Part shown: piece by piece, positions 1 to 12,110 of the stretch
Layout of the letters: each line of letters opens with the position of its first letter
Position numbering within the stretch: the stretch's first letter is position 1
Source of the DNA: Lama guanicoe
Lineage: Eukaryota
Assembly: GCA_013239625.1 (NCBI GenBank)
Contig: MU053881.1
Coordinates: 16,670,373 to 16,734,372 of the forward strand
DNA: 64,000 nt
Direction: 5' to 3'
Position numbers and translations under genes: made by a program
The notes under the pieces: model-generated
The model's input: only the letters and a program-made list of their open reading frames with translations
What the model was told of the DNA's origin: nothing
Databases searched by the model: none

Positions 1-385
1 AAATAGTTCAAAAATAATGTATTATATTGCCATGAACTGAATGTTTGTGTCCCCCTCCTCAAATTAATGTCTTGAAGTCCTAACCTCCATACCTCAGAAT
101 GTGACTGTGTTTGGTGGTAGGGCCTTTACAAGGTGATTAAGTAAAAATGAGGCCATACAGTGGGCCCTGACCCAGTCTGACAGGTGTTCTTATAAGAAGA
201 GGAACACAAAGAGACACAGGGTGGGTGTGCATATGGAGAAAAGACCCTGCAAAGAAGAAACAAGAAGGCGGCCGTCTGCAAGCCAAGGAGAGAGGCCTCA
301 GGAGAAACCAACCTGCCTTCACCTTGATCTTGGACTTCCAGCTTCCAGAACTGGGAGAAAAAAAAAGTCTAAGACACCCAGGCTT

Positions 386-682
386 AGATAAACAACCTCA
401 AGGTCCTACTGTACAACACAGGGAACTATATTCAATATCTTGTAATAGCCTGTAATGAAAAAGAATACAAGGGGGAGGGCATAGCTCAGTGGTAGAGCAT
501 ATGCTTAGGTCCTGGGTTGAAACCCCAGTACCTCCACTAACAAAAAGAAAAGAAAAAAGAAAGACCTAAGAAGAATATATATACATATATCTGAATCACT
601 GTGCTATACACCAGAAATTGACACAACATTGTAAACCAACAATACTTCAGTTAAAAAATTATATATATATAGTAAAAAAAAA
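386..682 (+). mobile_element. Artiodactyl-type L1 3' end fragment
   Basis: aaggtcctactgtacaacacagggaactatattc...aatacttcag plus A-tail. Confidence 0.8.
471..560 (+). mobile_element. tRNA-derived SINE (Vic-1-like), internally deleted
   Basis: A-box tagctcagtggtagagc, B-box-like gggttgaaacccc, A-rich tail. Confidence 0.8.
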
Positions 683-1319
683 AAGACATCCGGTCTTAAA
701 CTGGCTGTTGTAACAGCCCAGACAGACTAATACAATATTTATAAATATATACATTTTTACGTATATATGTCATATATACTATACATACAAATTTTATATC
801 ATGTGTATCAGTTGCATATATATAACATACACATATGTTGTACATATATAATATGCACATATATTATATACGTATACATTTTATAGAGAGAGAAGGAAAG
901 AGTGAGAGAAGGGGAACACGGTAAATCGTTAGCGGTTTGTGAATCTGGGTGCAGGGTGTGTGTTATTTTAGTGATTTTTCTATAGGTTTCATATTTTTCA
1001 AAATAAAATGGTGCAAAAGCACAAAACAGAGCCTTGGTTCCCAGCCTCACCAAGCACAATTAAATCAGCTCTTTGGGTGTGAGTCGGGCACCAGGATTTT
1101 TGAAAGTGGCACGAGGCTTCAGAATGGGGGTTGGAAGTGACGTGGGAGCATCCTCAGTTACAGCAGGGGGCAGGGCAGGGGTCCTTCTCCAAGGGCCCCT
1201 GGGGGCGGGGATGCCAGGGGAGGGCATAAGGTGCAGGCGCGGGCCGAGGTCCGAGCTGTCCCTTCTCCGCCCCTCCTCCACCTCCCTAACCTTGGCAAGC
1301 TCATGTCCTGGTCTCTCTG

Positions 1320-1650
1320 CCTGGACCTCCTGAGAGCAGTGGTCACTCCATTTTGCAAAATTGGAAGGTGACAAACCTGGTGGCCACACACTGGGATGCT
1401 TCGCATGCCGGAGGGTGGAGAAACCCCGTCCCCGTGAGCCGTCACCCCCCACTCCACTCCCCCACACCTGGGCATCCTTCAGTCTGCTTCCTGTCTCTAT
1501 AGATTTGCCCCTTTGGGACATTTCATCGAAACAGAATCACACACTCTGTGGCCCTTCGTGTCTGGCTTTTTTCATCCAGCAGAACATTGTCCAGGTTTAT
1601 CTGTGATGCAGCATATATCAGTGCTTCATTCCTTTTTCTGGCTGGCCAAG
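1320..1650 (-). mobile_element. L1M (L1MB-like) 3' UTR fragment
   Basis: tgtctctatagatttgcc...ggacatttcat...gtgtctggctt pattern. Confidence 0.65.
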
Positions 1651-2599
1651 TACGTTCTTTTTTTAAAATCAGGGCTTTGCTTATAGAAACACAAAGTGCT
1701 CTATTTGGCAAACATCAAACAATGTTTGGTTTTGTTTTGTTTTGTTTTTATCCCTTCCACAAATAGCTCAAAATGGACTCAGGCTGCCAAACATCACACA
1801 CTCCCCCATGCTTAACCACAGGCCCGTGGGTCTCCCGTTGAAGGGGTCCCAGGCTCGGGCATCCTTGGACGGCTCCCACAGGAATAACACTTTAATTAAA
1901 AAGTCTTCCAATGACAGACTTGAAATGTAAACTCTCAGGCAGCGAAGGTCCGGGCCGTGCCCGACATTCCAGGCCAGGCTCCTTGGAGCCCCGGCAGCCG
2001 CAGAAGTCCCCACGCTGAGCCAGGAATAGTTCTGCCTTTTATTTGGAAAGAGAATTACAGGGCGTGCAGCCCGGCCCCAAGCTTGCTGCTTCGAAGCCAT
2101 ATTTTTGAACACGACTGTAACCACACACTTGCCTACCGATCGTCTGTGCCAGGCTTGGTGCTGCCAGCTGCCTAGACACTCGGCTCCTGGCTCTAAACAC
2201 AGATTCTTTTTGTTCCCGTTTTAAGGTCTCTCTGACTATTTCTGTGCAAAAACAGATTTAAAATCTCACTGGCTTGGGCGCCCCTGGCAGCCCCCAAGGC
2301 CTCCCTGTTCTCTCTGTTCCCCCAAGGGGATGTTGGGTCTGCCTTGTCCGCAGGGGTTTTCCGACCTGGAGGAGCTGTCCCTGGTTCCCCCAAGTCCCCC
2401 CAGCCCTAAGTCTGGGGAGTGCAGGGCTCTAAAATTGACAGGCCCACTGGCCAGGATGAGAGAGCTGATTCCTGGAAGGGGACCTGGGTGCTGCTACCAG
2501 AAAAAGCAGGATGCATGATGGGAAAGAAAAGGTTCATGTGGTCACAGTGGTCGAGCCAGGATTTGAGCTTGGGTCCCAGTTAGGCGAGAGTCACAGGTT

Positions 2600-3252
2600 G
2601 AAAAATGTTGAGCCCTTGCTGGTGGGAGTGGAAAATGGTGTGGTTCCTGAAGTCTGGCAGTTCCTCAAAAAGTTAAACATAGAATTATCCTCCAGTCCAG
2701 TAATTCTACTCCCAGGAATATACCCTAAAGAATTGAAAACAGGTGTTCAAATAAAAACTTGTACGTGCACGGTCATAGCAGCCCTAGTCACAATAGCAAA
2801 GAGGTGGGAACCACCCAAATGTCCATCAAAGGATGAAGGGGTAACCAAAACGTGTCGTATGCAGGCAGCAGAATATTACTCACTCATAAAAGGGAACGAA
2901 ACCCTGACACCCGCTACAATATGGATGAACCTCAAAAACATCACACTGAGTGAAAGAAGCCAGACCCAAAATATGACGTATTGGACAACCCCATCTATAT
3001 GAAATGTTCCGAATAGGCAAATTGATAGGAACAGAAAGATTAGTGGTTGCCAGGGGCTGAGGGGAAGGGGGAGACGGGGAGTGACTGCTCATGGGTACGG
3101 GTCTCTTGGAATGATGAAATGTCTGGAACTGGATGACGAACTAGAGATGATTACTGTACAATCCGGTGAAGGTACTGAGTGCCACTAGATTGTTTACTTT
3201 AAAATGGTAAATTTTATGTTATGTGAATTTCACCACAATTAAAAAAAAAAAA
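2600..3252 (+). mobile_element. L1MB-like 3' end
   Basis: Decayed ORF2 C-terminus (VWQFLKKLNIEL...PKCPS) plus 3' UTR and A-tail. Confidence 0.85.
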
Positions 3253-3569
3253 GCAGCGCAGCTCTGCCCCTGGGTTCAAGGAAAGGAAGTGTCCAGAAGC
3301 AGGTGGGGGAGATAACGGTGTATCAGCAGCACCTGTGAGAAAAACTTCAGGGTTCCGTTGGGTTGATATGACTCAGCCCGGGTAGGGGGGCGGGGCCTGG
3401 GGTGCGGTGAATCTCATGGGGTCCCGATAGAGGGAGGTGGGTTCCCTGGCCAGACCACAGCCGAGGAGTTGGGCTCAAATCTGAGGAGGAGAGGCAAGGA
3501 TGAAGTGGGGATTTGAGAGGGGGTCTCAGCAGGGCTGAGAACATTTGAAAACGCATCCTTTTGAGGAGA

Positions 3570-3770
3570 AATAGTGCAGCGTGAGTGCTAGAGCTGGGCT
3601 GATTGCATTCAAATCCCAGTTCTGTCCCTTACCAGCTGTGTGACCATGGGCAAGCCACTTCACCTCTCTGACCCTCAGTTTCCTTGTCTGTAAAATGGGG
3701 CCAGCAATAGTAACTGTTTCAGAGCACAGTTGTGAGGCTTCAGGGCCTCGGGGTAAATGCATCTGAGGCA
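3570..3770 (+). mobile_element. MIR SINE
   Basis: tgtgtgaccatgggcaagccacttcacctctctgaccctcagtttcc...tgtaaaatggg core. Confidence 0.8.
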
Positions 3771-3999
3771 GAGGGAAGTGAACATGGAAAGCTGTGGGGA
3801 CGTGAAGCAGTGTGACAGGATGGTGAGTGGTGAACAGATCTGGAGAGAGCCTGGGTTTCCACCTCAGAGACACCCAGCACACAGTAGGAGATCAGATGGC
3901 TTCGGATGCCTGCCCTCGCCTGAAGGAAGCTAGCCATTTCCATCCCCTTTGCTTCAGCGTGGCCCCCAGGAATGAAAGATATGTTCTAGTCTAAAGAAG

Positions 4000-4830
4000 T
4001 TCACCAAACAGGCGACCAGCACATGAAAAGATGCTCAACATCACCAATCATCAGGGAAATGCAAATCAAAACCACAAAGAGATACCGCCTCACACCCATG
4101 AGGGCGGCTCCTGTCAACAACACAGAAAATAACAAGTGTTATCGAGGATGTAGAGAAATTAGAACCCTGGGGCACCGTTGACGGGAAAGGCAAAGGGTAC
4201 AGCTGCCAGAGAAAAGAGTGGAAGAATTCCTCAAAAAATTAAAAATAAGACCGCCCTAGGATCTAGCAACCTCACTTCTTGGTTGATTCCCCCCAAAAAT
4301 TGAAAGCAAGGTTGCAAAGAGACGCAAGAGATGTTTGTATGCTCATGTTCACAGCTGCGTTATTCACAGTAGCTAAGGGGAGAGAGCAACTCAAGTGTCT
4401 AGATGTGGATGAAGGAATAAAAAAAATGTGGTCCATCCGTACAATGGGATATGATTCAGCCATAAAAAGGAAGGAACTTCTGCCACCTGCCATGTGGATG
4501 AACCTTGAAGACACCACGTGGAGAGAAATAAGCCTGTTAGAAAAGGACAAATATTGCATAATTTCACTTACATGAAGTCCCGAGAGCACATTCATAGAGA
4601 CAGAAGGGAGAACAGTGGCTGCCAGGGGCTGGGGGCTAGGGGCTGGGGGCTGGGGAGTCAGTGTTGAACGGGGACAGAGTTTCAGTTTTACAAGATGAAG
4701 AGTTTGGGAGATGGATGTTGGGGATGGTTGCACAACAGGGTGAACGTCCTCTGTGCCACTGCATTTAAAGATGGTTAAGATCATGAATTTTATGTTACGT
4801 GTAGTTTACCACACATTTTACCACAATTTA
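4000..4830 (+). mobile_element. L1MA/MB 3' end
   Basis: aaaagatgctcaacatcac...gaaatgcaaatcaaaaccac and downstream 3' UTR. Confidence 0.85.
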
Positions 4831-5149
4831 GAGAAAACCCACACATTCTGAGCTGTGTCTGCAAGTGAATAGATAATGCACGTATACCCGGGGTGGGGCT
4901 TGCTGGGTGAATATCTCTCTGGGTGCCTGTGTCCTTCAGGGCAAACTAGGGATGTGAGGCCACCCTCCAGCATCGTTAGGAAGGTAAAGATGCTGTATGA
5001 GGAAGCCAGATGGGGATGGGAAGGGATCCCACCCGTCCACAGGTCCCGCTTGGGAAATCAAACCCTGCAGTTTCTGTTTTGGTGGAGGGAGCACCACGCC
5101 CACGCTTTATTCACAGAAAGATGTGGAGGATTTTGAGAGACCATAAAAC

Positions 5150-5340
5150 GAAAACCTGCTGGCATTTATCCAGTGCCTGCCACGTGCCCGGCGTGTTCTC
5201 ATGTGAGGCTGGCACTGCATCTGCTCATTTTACAGAAGAGGAAAACTGAGGCTCAGAGAGGTGAAGTGATTCGTTCAAGATCACATAGCAGGATGTGGCC
5301 CAGGTGGGACTAGAAACTCTAATTTGCCTGACCCCAAGCC
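5150..5340 (-). mobile_element. MIR SINE
   Basis: cattttacagaagaggaaaactgaggctcagagagg. Confidence 0.75.
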
Positions 5341-5564
5341 GTGGAGGCCCCAAAAAACAGGACGCATCTTTGGGGTGGGGAGGCTTCTTGTGATGGTTCA
5401 GAAACACGGGCAGCATTGGTCTCCTGGTTCCGACACACGCACCACTGTTGGGCAAAGGGAATTGGGAACTCCCTTCTAGCTGTGCAACTCTTCTGTAAAT
5501 GCAGAATGTGGTGGGGAAGGAGGAGAAACTGTTATTTTAAAGTTTGCTGCCTAAATGCTATTGG

Positions 5565-6380
5565 GTCTACAAATAATAAATGCTGGAGAGGGTGTGGAGA
5601 AAAAGGAACCCTCCTACACTGTTGGTGGGGATGTAAACTGGTTCAGATGCTGTGGAAAACAGTATGGAGGTTCCTTCAAAAACTAAAAATAGAGTTACCC
5701 TATGATCCAGCAATCTCACTCCTGGACATATACCCAGAGGAAACGCTAATTCAGAAAGATACATGCACCCCAATGTTCACAGCAGCATGATTTACAACAG
5801 TCAAGACATGGAAGCAACCTAAATGTCCATCAACAGATGACTGGATAAAGAAGATGTGGTGTATGTATCTATCTATCTATATAGAGAGAGATATGGAGAT
5901 ATATATAGTGGAATATTACTCAGCCATAAAAAAGATTGAAATCATGCCATTTGCAGCAACATGAATAGACCTAGAGATGATCATACTTAGTGAAGTAAGT
6001 CAGAGAAAGATAAATATCATAGGATACTGCTTATATGTGGAATGTGAAAAAGTGAAACAAATGAACTTATTTACAAAACAGAAACAGACTTGCAAACATA
6101 GAAAACAAACTTGTGGTTACCAAAAGGGAGAAGGGGGAGGGATAAATTAGGAGTCTGGGATTAACAGATACACACTACTCTGTATAAAACAGATATCCAA
6201 CAAGGACCTACTGTCTAGCACAGGGAACTATGCTCAGTACCTTGTAATAACCTATACTGGAAAAGAATATATATAGATATATGTATAACTGAATCACTAT
6301 GCTTTATGCATGAAACTAACAGAACGTTATAAATCAACTATACTTCGATTAAAAAGACAATTAAATTAAAAAAATAAATG
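5565..6380 (+). mobile_element. Younger artiodactyl-type L1 3' end (ORF2 C-terminus plus 3' UTR)
   Basis: [33 protein letters not shown] in ORF 5341..5790; ends caactatacttcgattaaaa. Confidence 0.9.
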
Positions 6381-6899
6381 CTGTTGGGGGGAAGGGGTAA
6401 TCCCAGGTGAGATCCTGAAACAGATAAAGGAGACCCGGAGAAAATCGTGATAAGGTCTGGAGTTTGGCATACAGCTCTGTCCCAGTGTTAATTGCTCTAT
6501 TTGGACAATGTCCCATGGGCATGAAAGAAAGTGGCGCTGGGAGATGGAGGGAAGGGGAGACGAGAACTCTCTGTACCATCATTGCAACCTTTCTGAAATA
6601 ATAATCTAGATGATCTAAAATTATCCAAAAGAAAATCTTCCTTTTTGTGAAATCACTGTAGTTTCAGTGTAGATGGGGGTGCATCTGTCGGGGAGGCTCC
6701 TGCTTTGGGCTGGAGAGGACACAGAGCCCTTTGTCACCATCAAGAATCAGTGATGTTGGGTCAGATGACCTTGGTTCGCCGGGCTTGGGCCTGTGGCCAC
6801 CCTGGGGCCAAGTGGATTGGAGCAAGGAGCAGCCTTGGGGAAAGTGCCTCGGCCCCTTGGGGACATGAGTGACAGGTGCCCAACTCCTTCTTCTTTCTC

Positions 6900-7270
6900 A
6901 CTGTCTTGTCCTGGTCATCAGAATGTCCTGTTGGCTCTTCCTCCAAAACATATCCTGATTCTGTCCCTTCCCTCCACTGCCTGCACCATCCAGGCTCCAT
7001 CACAACTCCTAGCCACCCCTCCGGCCTCTGCCACCCCTGCCCTCTCCATGTCTCCCTCCATCAGCCTCAGCTACACTGGCCTCCCTGCCGAGGATTTCCT
7101 GCCTCAGGGCCTCTGCGCTAGCTGTTCCTGCTGCCCAGAAGACCCTTCCCCCAGGAAGCTACATGGCTCTTCCCCCACCTCCTTCGAGTCTGTGCTCCTG
7201 TGTCACCTGGAACAGTTGCCCCCCAGTCACCCTGAATAAAACAGTCCCTTCACATCACTTGCTTCCATGC
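6900..7270. mobile_element. L2 fragment
   Basis: cctcagggcctctgcgctagctgttcc-type L2 3' sequence. Confidence 0.55.
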
Positions 7271-7379
7271 TTCATCACCTGTCTCCCCTGCCAAGAACCT
7301 CAGTTCCAGGAGTGCAGGGGAGGTTGGTTCCAGCTTTTCTGTGATACAGTGGGCGCGTCCACTGCACTTATTTGAGGCA

Positions 7380-8070
7380 TGCATTTGGAGGAGCTTTGAT
7401 AGAACTGCACACCCACAATGGAACTGGTATACAGGGCCATCCTTGCAAGTTTCTTAAATCCCTTGGTAAGCTCTCCCTCCCCTCCCAACCTCCACCGTCA
7501 CCCCAGGCATCCATAGTCTGCTCTCTGTCACTGTTGAGCAGTTTGCCCTTGCTAGAATTTCACAGCAGCAGGATCATCCAGGGGGTGCTCTCCTGTCTGG
7601 CTTTTTTCACAATCTCGAGCTCCCTCCCTGCTGTCACGTTTATCAGCCATCCATTCCTTCTCGCGAGGGAGGAGGGCTCCGGGGAGGGGATGGACATGTC
7701 ATCTGGGTTGTTGCCGTGCTCAATGATTGTGAATAAAGCTGCTATAAACATTCCTACGAATGTGTGTTTTCATTTTTCTGAAGTAAATACCTAGATATGG
7801 AACAACCGGGTCAAATTGTATGTGTATGTCTCTCTCTCTCTCTTTTTTTTTAAATAGAGGTGAAATTTGCATGACATGAAATTCACCGTTTTCAACTGAA
7901 CAGTTCAGTGCATCCACCATGCTGTGCAACCATCACCTCAGTCTAGTTCTAGAACATTTCCATCACCCCAAGATTATTTAACCTTTTAAAGCCACCAGAT
8001 TTTTTTCCAAAATGGTTGTACCCTTTTACATTTCCTCTGCCACATTTGAGAGTTCCAGCTGATCCACACC
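7380..8070 (-). mobile_element. Old L1M fragments
   Basis: gtgaataaagctgctataaacatt...ccaaaatggttgtaccc pattern. Confidence 0.6.
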
Positions 8071-8794
8071 CTTGAGAGATGATGTTTTTTGTGTGTGTGT
8101 TTATATTTTTTTCTTTCTCTTGAATTATTTTTTAAATTGAAATATAGTCAATTTACAATGTTGTGTTAACTTCAGGGGTAGAGAGATGCTGTTTTTATCC
8201 GCCTGTTTCACCCAGAGCTTAAGCAGGCGCTCAGTAAATATTTGTTGAATACATGTGATGACTCCTGGGGGGTGGTGAGCTTCTGAAAGACATGGATGGG
8301 ACCTGGATGAAATCCACCTAGTGTTGAGGAGAGAGCCCTCCTGAAGTTTGGAGACCCTGGGGCATCTGAGTCACAACAGAGCTCTGTGTGCTAGGCACCG
8401 AACCATCCTCAGCTCAGTGGCAGCACATGTCCCATTTTACAGAGGGGGAAACTGAGGCTCGGAGAGCACCTGGAGGAGGTGGCATTAGCAAGAACCCTCC
8501 AGGCACCCCAGAGACCAGGCAGGAAGGCTCAGCCTGAAGACAGGCCAAATAGGAGTATTTGGCTTGGTGACAGGGGCTGGATTCCTATTCCAGTCGCTGT
8601 GTGAGCCCAGGCAGGGCAGCCACAGCCCTGATCTCCCCTTTCCTCCTCCATGAAGGATTTATTGAGGGTCTTGTGCACGTGGAGGCCATAGCTGTAAAGA
8701 GGACACTTGGTCCCATCGAGTAAAATTCTAGGAGGTGAGACCAAGGAGGAGGGAGGGGCAGGCTGGGGAACCACCAGGGATCATTTGTCTCTTT

Positions 8795-8882
8795 CTATTT
8801 ATTTTTAATGGAAATACTGGGGACTGAACCCAGGACCTCATGCATGCTGAGCACACGCTCTACCACCGAGCTATACCCTCCC
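8795..8882 (-). mobile_element. Vic-1-like tRNA SINE
   Basis: Reverse complement of gggagggtatagctcggtggtagagcgtgtgctcagcatgcatgaggtcctgggttcagtcccc. Confidence 0.85.
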
Positions 8883-9099
8883 TCTCCTTTTATTTTTTTT
8901 GACTAGCAAATATCCAGTATCCCCAGTTTTCTTTATACACATAGTACCTAATTACCTAAATAAATAAATAAGTGAGTAAATATACATTTATTTAAAAATA
9001 CATAAGTAAATATACTTATATATTTGTGTACTTATGTATCAATATATTATATACTTATATACATTTTATACGATTTAATATATTACATGCAAATACATG

Positions 9100-9642
9100 C
9101 AGCCAATCCTCACTATTTGCGGAGTTTGTACTGGCAAATTCTCCCACTTGCTGAAATATATTTCTGACACCCAGATCGACTCGCAGATGCACAGAGCGGG
9201 AAGCACTGGAGTTGCCAAGTGTGGGGTCCCCTCTGAGGTGGGACAGGCGATGCTCTGTCTTCCTGTTCCAGCTCTCAGACTGTAAATAAACGTCGTTTTC
9301 ACAGTCTTTTTAGTGCCACATTTCCCCCACTTTTGTGCTTTCTGTTGGTGATCTTGTTGTCTGCAGTTTCTAAGAGCAAGAAGGCTGGCGTGCTCTGCTG
9401 GGAAAAAAATATGTTACATCACTCAGGCGTGAGTTCTGTTGGAGGTGAGTTGAACAGAGCGATTCAACAATGTATATGAAACAAGGTGTCGTTAAGCAGA
9501 AACACACAGAAAACAAGGCTGTGTATATTGATTCACTGATGAAAATGTTGTGACCAGAGGCTCACAGGAACCTAACCCTGTATCTCCCTTAGGGGTAATG
9601 ATTCATTACTTCAGTGTTTTTGGTGAATAACAAGAATTGACT
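9100..9642. mobile_element. TcMar-Tigger non-autonomous DNA transposon (MER82-like)
   Basis: Starts cagccaatcctcactatt and ends gaataacaagaattgacta (imperfect TIRs); internal text resembles MER82. Confidence 0.7.
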
Positions 9643-9769
9643 ACACACACGCACATTATATGCCAATTATGTAAATATACAATGACATGCAAATATGTAT
9701 ATTATATATACTTACACTGTGTGTTTATATACAAACTTTGAACATATTATATATACTTTATTTTTTTCA

Positions 9770-10860
9770 AAAAAATTTAAATTGAAGTATGTCAGTTTAC
9801 AATGTTGTGTCAATTTCTGGGGAACAGCATAATGTTTCCATCATACATATACATATGTATATTCATTTTCATATTCGTTTTCATGATAGGTTACTACAAG
9901 ATACGAATATAGTTCCCTGTGCTGTACAGAAGAAACTTGTTGTATATCTATTTTATATACAATAGTATCTGCAAATCTTGAACTCCCAATTTATCCCTTC
10001 CCATCCCCTTTCCCTCCTGGTAATTGTAGGTTTTTTTCTATGTCTGTGAGTCTGTTTCTCTTTTGTAAATAAGTTCGTTTGTGTCCTTTTTTTTTTTGAA
10101 TACCACACACATGAGTGATATCATATGGTATTTTTCTTTCTCTTTCTGGCTTACTTCACTTAGAATGGCAGTCTCCAGGTCCATCCATGTTGCTGCAAAT
10201 GGCATTGTTTTATTCTTTTTTATGGCTGACTAGTATCCCATTGTATAAATATACCACAACTTCCTTATCCAGTCATCTGTTGATGGACATTGAGGCTGTT
10301 TCCATGTCTTGGCTATTGTAAATAGTGCTGAAATGAACATTGGGATACATGCATCTTTCCAAATTAGAGTTCCCTCCTGATATATGCCCGGGAGTGGGAT
10401 TGCTGGATCATACACATATACTTTAAATTGAAGTGTAGTTGATTACAATGTTGTGTCAGTTTCAGGTGTACAGCAAAGTGATTCAGTTATATAAATATAT
10501 AATTCTTTTTCAGATTCTTTTCCATTATAGGTTATATACATATATATATACACACACATATATATATATGTGTGTGTATATATACACATACACACACACA
10601 CAATTAGTTTGTTTGAATCCTCTTCCAAGCCAATGTGCATTGGGTTGAAATGTCTCTTACATCTTTTTAACTTACAGCTTCTCCTCTTTTCTTATTTTTT
10701 TGATGGAAGTATAGTCAGTTTACAATGTTGTGTTAGTTTCTGGTGTACAGCACAGTGATTCAGTTATATGTATATATATTCCTTTTCATATTCTTTTCCA
10801 TTATAGGCTATTACAAGGTATTGAATATAGCTCCCTGTGCAATACAGTAGGTCCTTGTTG
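9770..10860 (-). mobile_element. Cluster of artiodactyl-type L1 3' ends (9770-10410, 10420-10530, 10700-10860) with a TA/CA microsatellite
   Basis: Repeated attgaagt...tacaatgttgtg starts; decayed ORF2 text in ORF 10230..10415. Confidence 0.85.
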
Positions 10861-11719
10861 TTTCTCCCTCCTTTTCTTTTCCTGTTCTTTGCATTTTATT
10901 TGTTGAGGAACTGGGGTTGCGTGTCCTGCAGTTTCCCAAAGTCTGGATTTCACCCCTGGTATCCGTATGTGTTTCTCACTTTGGTCCAACTCAGGGTTGA
11001 CTTTCCAGCACATTGCCATATTGGTTGACCCCTCGAGACACGCAATGGGTCACTGGGCTCCGTGCCATCAGAGGGACCCCGCACCGTCACGTCCTGTCCT
11101 TGCAGCCTCCGATGACCTCCACCTGAAGCCATGACTTCTCTGGGGGCTGTGCCTGGGGCTGGATAGCTGTCCCTCTAAAGCCAAGCTTCCAAGCTTCCCT
11201 CTGGGAAGCTGGGACTGGGGTAAGGACAGTGGGGCGGAATCCTGCCTGTCTTTATTTAGAACTAGTGTACTTAGTTCATCCAGGATATTTTTGCACTCAT
11301 TTTAGTTTTCATTACATATTATGTCTCTTAAAGAGGGAGATTTTTAGAGCAGCCTGGGCCCCCAGCGTCCCCGCTCTGGGTCCCCGACTCTGTTCCTCAT
11401 GTGCACTGGAGACTAATAATTATGTCTCCTCCCCCTGCAGGGTTGGGGTGAGGCTGAAAGGAACCCACAGGCAGGAGAGTGTTTTGGGTCCCCTCCCCCC
11501 AGGACGAGGTGGCTCTGGAAGGGAAGTGGTTCAAGAAGGGAAATTGAGAAAGAAGAGGGTCAGCGGGTCACTGGGGCAGTGGGGGTGGGGGACAGAGGAT
11601 CTGGGCACACTCCTGCCATCTTTGACTTTATTGCTGTGCCTGTAGCGTGAGATGGCAGCCCTGTTCTTCTGCCTCCCTCTCTGTCTACAGACTTCAGGCT
11701 TCCAAAAACTGACATCCCC

Positions 11720-12110
11720 TGCTTCTCTGAGTCTACTGAACACCTACTATGTGTCAAGCTCAGTCTCCCACCCTGGGGGTACAGCAATGAACAGGACAGA
11801 TTTGGTTCAGTCTCATGGAGCAGATCTTTCAAGGGGAGCAAGTCTGATGATTTGATTACAAGTCATGATAGAGATGGGGAATTGCATAACCAGAGTGGTG
11901 AGAGGGGGGGATCTAGTGGCTACTTTAGTCGCTAGGGGTGCCCAAGGGGCCCTCTCTGAGGAGATGATGTTTGAGCTGAGGCCTGTAGGAGGTAAGGGAA
12001 GGCACTGTGTGAGGATCTGAGAGAAGGGTGATTTGGACAGAGGGAACAGCACATGCAAAGGTCCTGGGGTAGGGAACAAGCTGGGCTTTTTGAAGAGCGA
12101 AGGGGCTGCA
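11720..12110. mobile_element. L2 fragment
   Basis: tactgaacacctactatgtgtcaag...gggaacagcacatgcaaaggtcctggg. Confidence 0.7.

Larger units (their letters stand above)
28..735 (+). mobile_element. MaLR LTR (MLT1A/B-like) interrupted by an L1 3'-end fragment and a SINE
   Basis: Typical MLT1 text (cctcagaatgtgactgt...ggacttccagcttccagaact) and terminus agactaataca at ~735. Confidence 0.8.

Noticed and set aside
5341..5790. 149-aa ORF with a cysteine-rich C-terminus
   Set aside because: A fragment of the L1 ORF2 C-terminus, not a host gene.
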